DNA from: Thiotrichaceae bacterium UBA973
GTDB lineage: Bacteria > Pseudomonadota > Gammaproteobacteria > Eutrophobiales > Eutrophobiaceae
Assembly (NCBI GenBank): GCA_002292815.1
Contig: DBBX01000031.1
Location: forward strand, 38,472-102,471
DNA: 64,000 nucleotides
Direction: 5' to 3'
Below, piece after piece: positions 10,977 through 20,905 of this stretch. The position numbers and the translations under genes are program-made. Each line of letters starts with the position of its first letter. Within the stretch, counting starts at the first letter, position 1. A model generated the notes under the pieces. That model was not told the DNA's origin, made no database searches, and saw only the letters and a program-made list of their open reading frames with translations.

Positions 10977-11309
10977 TCAACCTTCTGGATATAGCACCAA
11001 CAGTACGCAGCCTGATTCTGATTTTGGCGCGTGCGATGTACCTTTTGGAAAATGCAAAAAACTGCCCGCATGAAAATCTTCTCGACCATCATTAAAGACA
11101 CCTGAGATAACGAAGACTTGCTCTGGAGCCTCTTCATGCACATCAACGCCCGGAAATACTGCGCCAGCCTTGAATTCATAAACTAATGCTCGCTTACCAT
11201 TTTCGCCTTCCCAAAGGACTCGTTCAGTTATGCCTTCTGCACATTCTGTCGCATCAATATTATTCCAATCTGCAACTACTGCCCCTGCAAAATTTAATTC
11301 TTCATTCAT
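10977..11309 (-). CDS. Cupin-domain protein
   Basis: 110 aa with cupin-like motifs HEEAPEQVFVISG...GSFLHFPKGTSHAP. Confidence 0.65.
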   Translation of the reverse strand: MNEELNFAGAVVADWNNIDATECAEGITERVLWEGENGKRALVYEFKAGAVFPGVDVHEEAPEQVFVISGVFNDGREDFHAGSFLHFPKGTSHAPKSESGCVLLVLYPEG

Positions 11310-11479
11310 TTTACTATTCCTATAATATTCTGTTTAGTCACTTTCTATTAAAAACAAGATGACACCAAATACGTTACCTGTCAGACAACCAACGAGCTAT
11401 CGCATAAACAAGCATGCAAAAAAGTATTACACACTATTTTTCATATTAAAACATTGTCCATAAAAATGGTGGTCGCCTA

Positions 11480-11932
11480 TTAAGCCTTGCCATACTTTGT
11501 CAGTAGTTTATCTAGGTTATTTGCAAAGGCTTGTCTGTCATTTTTATTTAATGCTGGTGGCCCACCTGTCTGCACACCGCTACTACGCAAAGTATCCATA
11601 AAGTCTCTCATGCTCAAGCGTGCTTTTATATTATCTGTCGTATAAAGCTCTCCACGCGGATTAAGCGCAAGACCTCCTTTCTCAATTGCCTCTGCTGCCA
11701 AAGGGATGTCTGCGGTAATAACAAGATCACCTACGTCAAGCCTTTTAACTATTTCATTATCCGCAACATCAAAGCCAGATGAGACGAGCACAAACTTTAT
11801 ATTTGGTGATGATGGTATTTGCATAGATTTATTAGCAATCAATGTCACCAATATGCCTACTCGATCCGCAGCTTTGAACAGAATATCTTTTATCACCACA
11901 GGACAGGCATCTGCATCAACCCAAATTTTCAT
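11480..11932 (-). CDS. yaiI: YaiI/YqxD family protein (UPF0178/DUF188)
   Basis: 150 aa. The N-terminus [22 protein letters not shown] is characteristic of UPF0178. Confidence 0.85.
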   Translation of the reverse strand: MKIWVDADACPVVIKDILFKAADRVGILVTLIANKSMQIPSSPNIKFVLVSSGFDVADNEIVKRLDVGDLVITADIPLAAEAIEKGGLALNPRGELYTTDNIKARLSMRDFMDTLRSSGVQTGGPPALNKNDRQAFANNLDKLLTKYGKA

Positions 11933-11979
11933 TTAGTTTAGTTTCCTTTGAATATGCCGAGATCGAACATGAACTCTGA

Positions 11980-13302
11980 TCAACTTTCTCTTGTTTGAAT
12001 TGCACGCATTCTCTTTAACCAAAGATCTATACATGCAGCAATAATAACCGCCCCATATTCCAGCATGATGATCCAAAAAGGTATTTCAAAAAATGTTACT
12101 TCCATAGAATTCAGATTAATTCCAACTGAATAAGACAGCAATACAGTCACTGAGAATGTCCAACTCCATAAAGCTGGAAATAGTACTGCGAATGGCAGTA
12201 ACCAGATCAGATACCAGGCATTAACTACAGGCGCAATTAATAGAAAAAGACCAAATATGATATCGCCACGTGGCATCTTCCAGATAGATGCTTTTTGATG
12301 TTGCCAAAACAAGATGGCGTAAGCAACAATAAAAGCTGAGCCTAATATGAATTTTACTGATTGTGGATCAAGCCACTGACGTAATACCGTATAGACTGAA
12401 CTATTGAAATGCCATTCGCGTGCGAACACCATTAAACCAGCCATATCCGAAGCTCCTTGCCACACAAAAGGTCCATACAAGGCCAGTAACACCAATACAA
12501 ACAAACACCAATAACGAAAAGCCAATCGCCACAAGACAAATGGCACCATTAATAACGCGAAGACCTTGGCACCGACACTTAATGCCAACACACTGACTGC
12601 AACGGCAAACTTATTATTTTGCCGAAAGTACAATGCCAGCATCATAAATACTGCACCGACAACATCTGGATGGGCGGTAAAGGCTAGTTCCTTAATTACC
12701 AGCGGCGACCAAGCATAAAGTAAAACCCAACGTATATTGGCTAAGCGCAACAACAGCAGGATCATAGCCATATCTGTCAATGAATAGAGGACTTGCAACA
12801 CCCAAACCTGAGCTGAAGCCAAAATATGTGCCAACAAGAAAGTATATTGTAATGTAGGTCCGTATATTGTAGGGACATCAGGATAATTGACCTGTGCTAA
12901 CAGGGCATAAAATTGTGCTGGAATATTGGCATCACCAAAAAAAGCCGAAGGTGCTATCCCATAGGGAGAGCCTGCTTCATAGAAACGATAACCATCCCAG
13001 AGATAACGAAAAAAATCATCTTCCCATAAGGGATCGCCAAAAACACCAATAAGTCGAAAACAAGCCGCCCAGAGTAATAGCTTGCAAGGCGTTAGTGACA
13101 TCTCTTCGGCGCCTTGAAAGGCAACAAGTGTTGCAAGCAGGCAGGTACCCAGCAATGCATAATAAACTGATAAAGTAAGTGACTCCGGATGTAATGAGAG
13201 CCAAGCCAGGACACTGTAAGCAATGGCGCAAACTAGTCCTGCTCCATCTAGCTGCCATGACAGTGACGAATATCTGCTACCTACATTAGCGGCTATATTC
13301 AT
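11980..13302 (-). CDS. Polytopic membrane protein, GT-C-fold glycosyltransferase-like
   Basis: 440 aa with about 10 or more hydrophobic segments. An acidic E94-D95-D96 motif (PLWEDDFFRYLWDGY) follows the early TM segments, as in first-loop catalytic motifs of lipid-linked-sugar (GT-C) transferases. It lies next to a GT2 gene. Confidence 0.55.
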   Translation of the reverse strand: MNIAANVGSRYSSLSWQLDGAGLVCAIAYSVLAWLSLHPESLTLSVYYALLGTCLLATLVAFQGAEEMSLTPCKLLLWAACFRLIGVFGDPLWEDDFFRYLWDGYRFYEAGSPYGIAPSAFFGDANIPAQFYALLAQVNYPDVPTIYGPTLQYTFLLAHILASAQVWVLQVLYSLTDMAMILLLLRLANIRWVLLYAWSPLVIKELAFTAHPDVVGAVFMMLALYFRQNNKFAVAVSVLALSVGAKVFALLMVPFVLWRLAFRYWCLFVLVLLALYGPFVWQGASDMAGLMVFAREWHFNSSVYTVLRQWLDPQSVKFILGSAFIVAYAILFWQHQKASIWKMPRGDIIFGLFLLIAPVVNAWYLIWLLPFAVLFPALWSWTFSVTVLLSYSVGINLNSMEVTFFEIPFWIIMLEYGAVIIAACIDLWLKRMRAIQTRES

Positions 13303-13444
13303 ATTCAGTCGATTATCATGAAATAGTAAAGGGCAACGTTACTTCTAATATAGTGATACATTGATATAGAACCTTTTCATTAAAGCACACTCTATAAATA
13401 AAACTAACAATACCGCCCACCTCTACAACAAGAATGAGAGAACT

Positions 13445-13759
13445 ATGATGACAATCCGATCCTACGGAATCCTAGCAGCGTTTCTAACCAGCGCTCTCAT
13501 TTTTAACTCACCAATAACATTTGCCTCCATAAACTTTCCTGAGGAATCCGCTAACGACCCCTATCATGTAGGTAAAATCACCTATCATCGAAAATTAGCC
13601 TGCCCAAGCTGCCCCTTGTCAAAAACTATAATCGACTCGTCTATGTACAAATCAGTCATTGCACGACTCAATACCGACAAAGAACTAATGACAGCGTTAA
13701 GTGAAGAAGAGCGCACCGCAGTAGCATATTATTTAGAGAAGCTGTTTACCCCACGCTGA
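13445..13759 (+). CDS. Small secreted protein, cytochrome-c-like layout with a CPSCP motif in place of CxxCH
   Basis: 104 aa with a signal peptide (ILAAFLTSALIFNSPITFA). It carries GKITYHRKLACPSCP and, about 40 aa later, LSEEERTAVAYYLEKL, which mimics the class I cytochrome c layout. Confidence 0.5.
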   Translation: MMTIRSYGILAAFLTSALIFNSPITFASINFPEESANDPYHVGKITYHRKLACPSCPLSKTIIDSSMYKSVIARLNTDKELMTALSEEERTAVAYYLEKLFTPR

Positions 13760-13770
13760 AGACGACAGTT

Positions 13771-14520
13771 GTGTACAAAAATAAATGCATTGCCGTCATT
13801 ATCCCAGCTAAAGACGAAGCACAGGCCATCAAATCAGTCATCAAAGGCCTATGGACCTTAAACGATGCAAAGGGCAACCATATTATCGACGATATTGTGG
13901 TGTGCAATAACGGCTCAACTGATAATACAGCTGAAATTTCCCAAGAAGCAGGCGCACGCGTAGTAAATCAATCAAAACCCGGATATGGCATCGCATGCCT
14001 AACCGCTCTCGCCGAAACCCAAAAGGCAGATATTCTATTATTCATAGATGGTGATAACGCATTTCGTGCGCTTCAAGCTTTGCCACTTATCGACAGTATC
14101 GCCAATGGTACCGACCTCGCCATAGGCTCACGCAAACTGGGATCCATAGAAAAACATGCCCTTTCACTTCCCCAGAGGTTTGGCAATTGGTTAGCCAGTA
14201 GCTTAATCCGTATTTTATGGGGGGAAGCCGTAACCGACTTGGGGCCGTTTCGCGCTGTATCACAGGAAGCATTACAACGCCTGTCGATGGAAGATGAAAG
14301 TTATGGCTGGACTATTGAGATGCAAATCAAGGCCATTCAATTAGGTATGACAATAGAAGAACACCCGGTGAATACTTATCGTCGCCTTGGTAAGTCAAAG
14401 ATCAGTGGCACAATAAAAGGCACTATCGGTGCTGGCATCGGAATTCTATCGATGATTGCGCGGCTTCGTTGGCGGCAGTTAAAACAGTCGTTCACTAAAT
14501 CAGATTACACAACCGCATAG
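13771..14520 (+). CDS. Family 2 glycosyltransferase (polyprenol-phosphate sugar synthase-like)
   Basis: 249 aa with GTG start. Motifs: AVIIPAKDE (nucleotide-sugar binding N-terminus), NNGSTDNT, FIDGDN (DxD). A hydrophobic C-terminal segment is GTIGAGIGILSMIARL. Confidence 0.8.
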   Translation: MYKNKCIAVIIPAKDEAQAIKSVIKGLWTLNDAKGNHIIDDIVVCNNGSTDNTAEISQEAGARVVNQSKPGYGIACLTALAETQKADILLFIDGDNAFRALQALPLIDSIANGTDLAIGSRKLGSIEKHALSLPQRFGNWLASSLIRILWGEAVTDLGPFRAVSQEALQRLSMEDESYGWTIEMQIKAIQLGMTIEEHPVNTYRRLGKSKISGTIKGTIGAGIGILSMIARLRWRQLKQSFTKSDYTTA

Positions 14521-14548
14521 AGAACAATCTAATTCTCGGAACAAATCA

Positions 14549-15397
14549 ATGAACGCTAAACTTATTGCTCAATTAATAATCCGCCGTGTGATAGCAGTCA
14601 CGTGTCTGGTTCTATCAATATTTTTATCACAACAAGCCATCGCTGCCCCTGAGCAGAGTCCTCTCGAGTTCTGGAATGTTAGTAATGAAAATAACATGGA
14701 TATAATAGAACATTCACCATGGCAAAAAATACTTGATGCTTATCTTGATGATAAACACCCCAGCGGCATAAACCGTTTTGATTATGCCGCTGTTCTACCT
14801 CAAGATAAAAAAGCCTTGAATGTTTACCTGCATCAAATGCAACAACTTAATCCGCTCAAATTTAATCGCGCCGAACAAAAAGCATATTGGATTAATATTT
14901 ATAACGCGCTTACCGTTGAGTTAATACTGGAGGGTTTCCCCGTTAAGTCTATTACCAAATTGGGCAAGGGACTCTTTAGTTTTGGTCCGTGGGACGATAA
15001 TCTCGCCAAGATTCAAGGGCAATATCTATCGCTGAACAATATTGAACACGGAATACTGAGGCCTTTTTTCAACGACAACCGTATTCATTATGCTGTTAAC
15101 TGTGCCAGCATAAGTTGCCCCAACCTGTCCGCAACGGTCTATACCGCTAACAACACTGATGAGCTTCTTGAACAAGGTGCTAAGCAATACATTAATCATC
15201 CCCGTGGGGTAAGCTTTGACAATCGAAAGCTTAAAGTATCCAGTATTTACCATTGGTACAAAGACGATTTTGGCGGTGACAATAAATCCCTGATCGAGCA
15301 TTTCAGACATTATGCCAAAACCGATTTAGCAAAACAGCTAAGTAATTATCAAGGTGACATTGAACACGATTACGACTGGAACCTTAACAAGCCCTGA
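14549..15397 (+). CDS. DUF547 domain protein, secreted
   Basis: 282 aa with a signal peptide. NIYNALTVELIL, IHYAVNCASISCP and HWYKDDF match my recollection of the DUF547 family. Confidence 0.7.
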   Translation: MNAKLIAQLIIRRVIAVTCLVLSIFLSQQAIAAPEQSPLEFWNVSNENNMDIIEHSPWQKILDAYLDDKHPSGINRFDYAAVLPQDKKALNVYLHQMQQLNPLKFNRAEQKAYWINIYNALTVELILEGFPVKSITKLGKGLFSFGPWDDNLAKIQGQYLSLNNIEHGILRPFFNDNRIHYAVNCASISCPNLSATVYTANNTDELLEQGAKQYINHPRGVSFDNRKLKVSSIYHWYKDDFGGDNKSLIEHFRHYAKTDLAKQLSNYQGDIEHDYDWNLNKP

Positions 15398-15446
15398 TCG
15401 TGCTCCGGTTTATAAATATACTTATTTATTAAAATGGAATAACTCT

Positions 15447-15986
15447 ATGAAACTCATCACGTCAATCTTCGCGGCATCAATACTGCTATCCTTAAATGCC
15501 TGGTCGGAATCACCAAACGAGACAACGATTGACTGGAAATCAGCAAAAGAAGTTAAAAGCTTAGTTGAACTAAAACTTGACCCGGAATTGGGTGAAGTAA
15601 CCTATGGACCTAATTTTGCACTTTCAGACAACTTACTCATGGAGAAGTATTCTGAAATTTATCTAACCAGAAGAATAGACCCGAAAAATGAAGAATCATA
15701 TAGCTTGTTTGTTACCGCACATGACAATGATCAAGACTGGCATTCTTATGATACGGCAACAAAGAAAGACGGCGAAAGACTAGGCATAGAAACAATTGTC
15801 AAAAATGAGAATGTCTCAGTAAATAACGTTGACTACAAACACGAAGAACAAATGGCCATAAGCATGACCTTCATAGATTTTGCAGACGGCTTCGACTTTG
15901 GGCTAGAGTTAACCATAAGCGGTAATCAAAAAGATACGCTCATGATCCCTGCTACATACTTCCGTGCGATGTTGCAGAGCATGTAA
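15447..15986 (+). CDS. Hypothetical secreted protein
   Basis: The ORF-track start at 15354 overlaps the upstream gene. The in-frame ATG at 15447 gives MKLITSIFAASILLSLNAWS, a clean signal peptide. Confidence 0.55.
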   Translation: MKLITSIFAASILLSLNAWSESPNETTIDWKSAKEVKSLVELKLDPELGEVTYGPNFALSDNLLMEKYSEIYLTRRIDPKNEESYSLFVTAHDNDQDWHSYDTATKKDGERLGIETIVKNENVSVNNVDYKHEEQMAISMTFIDFADGFDFGLELTISGNQKDTLMIPATYFRAMLQSM

Positions 15987-16024
15987 TAAGAGTTAAAGAT
16001 TACGAAGACAGAGCATAATATTTT

Positions 16025-16228
16025 TTATTGACTCTCTTCATCAATAAGTTTTCTGGTCGCTGCTGCTGACTCCAACATCATCCCTTCAACTTCTTTAGCT
16101 TTATCGATCGTCTCAGTTTGTTCTTTCCAGACATGCTCTTTTTGGCTACTGTTGCTACTCTCATCTGAACAGCTGAACAAAATAAGACACGAAACCATTA
16201 TATAAAGCACTTTATTCCAGAAACCCAT
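16025..16228 (-). CDS. Small putative lipoprotein
   Basis: 67 aa with a lipobox-like LILFSC near the N-terminus. Confidence 0.45.
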   Translation of the reverse strand: MGFWNKVLYIMVSCLILFSCSDESSNSSQKEHVWKEQTETIDKAKEVEGMMLESAAATRKLIDEESQ

Positions 16229-16244
16229 AATATCACCCCTTTAT

Positions 16245-16892
16245 TTAACTGCTGATCACCAAGTCTTTAACAGGCACAAAATGATCGCCCTGCTTACCGA
16301 ACAAACTCCCACTATCAATATCAAAGTACCAACCATGTATAAATAAATTTCCCGCATCATAACGCTCTTTTATCCAAGGAAAAGTCTTTAGATTATTAAG
16401 CGATATTTGTATCGATGCCTTTTCACACCTAACACATTGAGCATCAAAGTCTTCATCAGCATGCTCATTAACAACTTCTTCCCTTGCCGCCTTGGCAATC
16501 TCCATCCAGGGGTCAATGAACCCATATTCATGACCGAGGTGATCACCTTCCATCAAACTTTTTATACCACCACACTGACTATGGCCAAAAACAATAATGT
16601 GTTTTACATTCAGGTGTTTTATTGCAAACTCCATTGCCGCACTGGTACCGTGAGATTTGCCATCCACCTCGTTAACCGGAACCAGGTTTGCAACATTACG
16701 AATTACAAATATATCTCCAGGTACTGTATCCATGACCTGTGCGGGATGTACTCGTGAATCACAACAAGAAATAACTAAAAACTTTGGTGATTGGCCTTGC
16801 TCAAATAGGCTGTTATATATTTCAGGTTGTTCCTGAAAATATTTTTTATGAAAGCGTTGATAGCCCTCAATTAGATTTTTCACTTCTTGCAT
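16245..16892 (-). CDS. can: Beta-class carbonic anhydrase
   Basis: 215 aa with Zn ligands in SCCDSRV and GHSQCGG. Confidence 0.9.
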   Translation of the reverse strand: MQEVKNLIEGYQRFHKKYFQEQPEIYNSLFEQGQSPKFLVISCCDSRVHPAQVMDTVPGDIFVIRNVANLVPVNEVDGKSHGTSAAMEFAIKHLNVKHIIVFGHSQCGGIKSLMEGDHLGHEYGFIDPWMEIAKAAREEVVNEHADEDFDAQCVRCEKASIQISLNNLKTFPWIKERYDAGNLFIHGWYFDIDSGSLFGKQGDHFVPVKDLVISS

Positions 16893-16912
16893 TCCATGAG
16901 CCTCTATACCTA

Positions 16913-17806
16913 CTACGAAATAAGTTTATCGCGGGCTTCTTCATATTTTGCAGCGGTGTTTCTTATGACTTCCTCAGATAAACTTGGCCCCGGTGCAGTT
17001 TTATCCCAGTCCAGTGTTTCCAAATAATCGCGGATGTATTGCTTATCAAAACTCGGTGGACTGGTCCCAACCTGATATGACTCTTCCGGCCAAAAACGTG
17101 ATGAATCCGGCGTTAGTACTTCATCTATTAAAATGAGCTGATTATTTTCATCAACCCCAAATTCAAACTTGGTATCAGCAATAATAATATTTCTTTCTCG
17201 CGCATAGTCTGCAGCTTCGGAATAAATTTTTAAACTAACATCCCGTACTTGCTCTGCCAGATCTCGGCCTATCAATTCTACTGTCTTCTCAAAATCAATA
17301 TTCTCATCGTGCTCACCAACTTCAGCTTTAGTCGCTGGCGTAAAAATTGGTTCCGGTAGTTTTTCTGCTTGCTGCAAGCCTGATGGCAGACTTATCCCGC
17401 AAACTTCACCCGTAGCCTGATAATCCTTCCAGCCAGAGCCAATCAAATAACCACGAATGACTGCTTCTACGGGCAATGCCTTTAGCTTTCGAACGACAAT
17501 AGATCGTGGCTCTAATATTTCAAGATCTTCATCTTCCTTGATGACATCCTTTACGGCGATACCAGTAAGATGATTAGGAATGATATCTTTACAACGATCA
17601 AACCAAAAATTGGATACTTCAGTCAGAATGCGTCCCTTGCCTGGTATTGGATCTGGCAAGATCACATCGAAGGCTGAAAGCCGATCACTGGTAACGATCA
17701 ACATATGTTGATCGTCGATGCCGTAAATATCCCTGACTTTGCCATTACTGATAAGAGGCAAGCTTTTAATATGGGAGCGATAAAGTACGTCTGAATTAGG
17801 CTTCAT
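16913..17806 (-). CDS. purC: Phosphoribosylaminoimidazole-succinocarboxamide (SAICAR) synthase
   Basis: 297 aa, long-form PurC, with [32 protein letters not shown]. Confidence 0.95.
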   Translation of the reverse strand: MKPNSDVLYRSHIKSLPLISNGKVRDIYGIDDQHMLIVTSDRLSAFDVILPDPIPGKGRILTEVSNFWFDRCKDIIPNHLTGIAVKDVIKEDEDLEILEPRSIVVRKLKALPVEAVIRGYLIGSGWKDYQATGEVCGISLPSGLQQAEKLPEPIFTPATKAEVGEHDENIDFEKTVELIGRDLAEQVRDVSLKIYSEAADYARERNIIIADTKFEFGVDENNQLILIDEVLTPDSSRFWPEESYQVGTSPPSFDKQYIRDYLETLDWDKTAPGPSLSEEVIRNTAAKYEEARDKLIS

Positions 17807-17925
17807 ATCTAGATTAATTGATTCACTGTAAAAGAGATGTATTCTCCCATACTCCTTCTATTTCGGCTATTGCTTGCCATAACAAGCTGGGGTATCGAAG
17901 AATTATTTAGAAAACAATTACTATG

Positions 17926-19611
17926 TTATTTTTGTTTCGCCCAGGAATCACGCAAGGTCACTGTTCGATTGAAAACCGGTTTACCATCCACTTCATCTTT
18001 ATTATCAACGCAAAAATAACCCGTTCGTTCAAATTGAAATATTTCTTCTTTTTGAGCCTCTGCTAATGAAGGCTCAAGATAAGCCTCTTTTATAAGCTTA
18101 ATAGAATCATTATTGATAAATTCTTTCCAGTCTTGTTCATGTTGATTGCTATCCGGTTTAGGATCGTTGAATAAACGATCATACAGACGCACCTCTGTTT
18201 GCAAGGCGTGCGCAACTGATGCCCAGTGAATAGTTCCCTTAACCTTACGACCGTCGGGTGCGTTACCACCTTTGGTCTCTGGATCATAGGTACAACGTAA
18301 CTCAATAACATTTCCTCCATCATCTTTAATGACTTCATTACAAGTTATGAAGTAAGCATAGCGCAACCGCACTTCACGACCAGGCCCGAGACGAAAGAAT
18401 TTTTTAGGTGGATCTTCCATAAAGTCACTTTGTTCTATGTAAAGAACTTTTGAGAAGGGTAATTGGCGCTGCCCCATGTCTGGATTATTTGGATGATAAG
18501 GTGCATCCAGATATTCTGTTTCATCTTCAGGGTAATTTTCAATCACCACCTTAAGCGGATCTAAAACACCAAGCACACGTCGAGTTCGTTTATCTAGATC
18601 TTCACGCACACAATTCTCCAACACACCAACATCGATTACCGTATCTGTCTTGGTCACGCCAATACGGCCACAAAAGTCACGAATTGATTCAGGCGTATAA
18701 CCACGTCGACGCATCCCGACTATGGTAGGCATGCGCGGGTCATCCCAACCGGACACACTTCCATCGGTCACCAATTCATTTAATTTACGCTTACTAGTAA
18801 CGGTATAATTTAAATTCAAACGGGCAAACTCAATCTGTTGTGGATGAGATAGCACGGGCAGTTGATCAAGGAACCAATCATACAAAGGACGATGATCTTC
18901 AAACTCGAGTGTGCATAGAGAATGTGTGATACCTTCCAACGCATCAGAGACGCAATGCGTGTAATCGTACATTGGGTATATACACCATTCACGCCCTGTT
19001 CGATGGTGTGCAACTTTTCTTATTCTATATATAGCTGGATCACGCATATTCATATTAGGTGAGGCCATATCGATCTTTGCTCGCAATAGGCATTCACCTT
19101 CTTCAAACTCACCAGCACGCATTCGATCAAACAAACCGAGGTTTTCTTCAACAGTTCTATTTCGGTGAGGACTAGGCGTTCCGGGTTCTGTCAATGTTCC
19201 ACGATGTTCCCGTGTTTCATCCGCACTTAAATGGCAAACATAAGCCTTACCATCACGAATGAGCTGTTTTGCAAACTCAAATAATTTTTCATAATAATCG
19301 GACGCATAAAAAAGACGATTGCCCCAGTCAAACCCCAGCCACTTAACATCATTTTGGATTGAGTCTGTATATTCAATATCTTCTTTCTCAGGATTGGTAT
19401 CATCAAATCGAAGATTGCAAACACCACCCTCATAATCTTGGGATATGCCAAAATTCAAACAGATCGACTTCGCATGACCGATATGCAAATAACCATTAGG
19501 TTCCGGTGGAAAGCGTGTATGTACGCGACCGTCATTTTTATTATTCTTTAAATCATCATTAATGATATTACGAATAAAATTACTTGGCTCTAGTGTGGCG
19601 TTATCAGACAT
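17926..19611 (-). CDS. glnS: Glutaminyl-tRNA synthetase
   Basis: 561 aa with [17 protein letters not shown] (HIGH) and VTSKRKL (KMSKS-like). Confidence 0.97.
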   Translation of the reverse strand: MSDNATLEPSNFIRNIINDDLKNNKNDGRVHTRFPPEPNGYLHIGHAKSICLNFGISQDYEGGVCNLRFDDTNPEKEDIEYTDSIQNDVKWLGFDWGNRLFYASDYYEKLFEFAKQLIRDGKAYVCHLSADETREHRGTLTEPGTPSPHRNRTVEENLGLFDRMRAGEFEEGECLLRAKIDMASPNMNMRDPAIYRIRKVAHHRTGREWCIYPMYDYTHCVSDALEGITHSLCTLEFEDHRPLYDWFLDQLPVLSHPQQIEFARLNLNYTVTSKRKLNELVTDGSVSGWDDPRMPTIVGMRRRGYTPESIRDFCGRIGVTKTDTVIDVGVLENCVREDLDKRTRRVLGVLDPLKVVIENYPEDETEYLDAPYHPNNPDMGQRQLPFSKVLYIEQSDFMEDPPKKFFRLGPGREVRLRYAYFITCNEVIKDDGGNVIELRCTYDPETKGGNAPDGRKVKGTIHWASVAHALQTEVRLYDRLFNDPKPDSNQHEQDWKEFINNDSIKLIKEAYLEPSLAEAQKEEIFQFERTGYFCVDNKDEVDGKPVFNRTVTLRDSWAKQK

Positions 19612-19669
19612 GAATTATCCTGTCGTTATACGAATTATTATTGTTAAGCACTCATTAAAAAGTGCATTT

Positions 19670-20905
19670 TTAGAAGTGCCCTCGTGCAGTTTCTGGTAAG
19701 TCGCCAGTAAGCCCCATCGCTCTCTTTAAGATAGCGTGCTTTACGACGGGAAGACTATCGACCGTGTCCAAACCAAAATTGCGCAGCCATTGTACAGATT
19801 GATGCTGGTTTTCAAAGAGATGTTTAAAACTATCCATTAAATACATCACATTTCTATTTTCACCCTTACGCCTACGCTCATAACGACGTAACACCTGTAA
19901 ACGACCCGGATCTCTACCTCTCTGACAAGCATCAATGATAACTTCTGCCAGGCTAGCCGCATCCAACAGGCCTAGATTGGCACCTAAACCCGCCAACGGG
20001 TGAACCGTATGCGCGCTATCGCCGATCAATGCTAGTCTGGGCTTCGTGTAGCAATCTGCCTGTGCTCGACTCAACGGAAATATCGCTCTCTCTGTACTCT
20101 CTTTTATATCACCTAACTCATGCGCAAAGGCTTCAGCCAATTCAAAATGAAATGCTGATTTATCAAGTGCCTTAAGGCGCTGGACATGATCAGGGCTACT
20201 GGACCAAACGATTGCAGATTGATGTTGATCGTGCATTGGCAAGAATGCCAAAGGCCCGCGTTTTAAAAACCGTTGTCGGGCAATCTCACCATGCGCAAAT
20301 TCTGTTGTAACGATGCAACCTAATGCAGATTGTTTGTAATCATGCTTTTGATAATGAATATTGGCCAGACTTCTTAATTTTGAGTTATGACCATCGGCGG
20401 CAACAACAAGCCTCGAACTAAACTGAAGACCATCTTCCGTACCCAAAACTATTGTATCCGCCTCTTCTTTCACGTGAGCTGGAGACACAGACCATAGACA
20501 ACGTACATTATCCAGTTCGAGCAACTTTTCTTGTAAGGCGTCAACAATAGCTTGATGTGAAACGATATAGCCCATGGTTGGCTGACAGATCGAAGCACTA
20601 TCAAAATTGATCTCACCAAGACCATTCTCGTCCCACACATGCATCTTCCGAAAACAGGCAATATCCTCTTTTTGCAAACGTTGCCATGCACCAGCTTTTT
20701 TAAGTATCTGTTCAGAAGCCTTGGTAATAGAAAAAACGCGCGCGTCAACTTTTTTAAGGGCGTTTACTTGCCTGACACCTGCGTCTAGCAATATAACCTT
20801 GAGACCGGCCTGACCTAACAAGCAGGCATAAGTGCCGCCAATAATACCCCCGCCAACAACAACAACATCTGCATCTGCATCAATATTGTCAGTAATCGCT
20901 GTCAT
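19670..20905 (-). CDS. ubiI: UbiH/UbiF/VisC/COQ6-family FAD-dependent ubiquinone hydroxylase
   Basis: 411 aa with VVVVGGGIIGG (FAD) and LIGDSAHTVHPLAGLGANLGL. It lies downstream of ubiH, as visC does in E. coli. Confidence 0.8.
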   Translation of the reverse strand: MTAITDNIDADADVVVVGGGIIGGTYACLLGQAGLKVILLDAGVRQVNALKKVDARVFSITKASEQILKKAGAWQRLQKEDIACFRKMHVWDENGLGEINFDSASICQPTMGYIVSHQAIVDALQEKLLELDNVRCLWSVSPAHVKEEADTIVLGTEDGLQFSSRLVVAADGHNSKLRSLANIHYQKHDYKQSALGCIVTTEFAHGEIARQRFLKRGPLAFLPMHDQHQSAIVWSSSPDHVQRLKALDKSAFHFELAEAFAHELGDIKESTERAIFPLSRAQADCYTKPRLALIGDSAHTVHPLAGLGANLGLLDAASLAEVIIDACQRGRDPGRLQVLRRYERRRKGENRNVMYLMDSFKHLFENQHQSVQWLRNFGLDTVDSLPVVKHAILKRAMGLTGDLPETARGHF

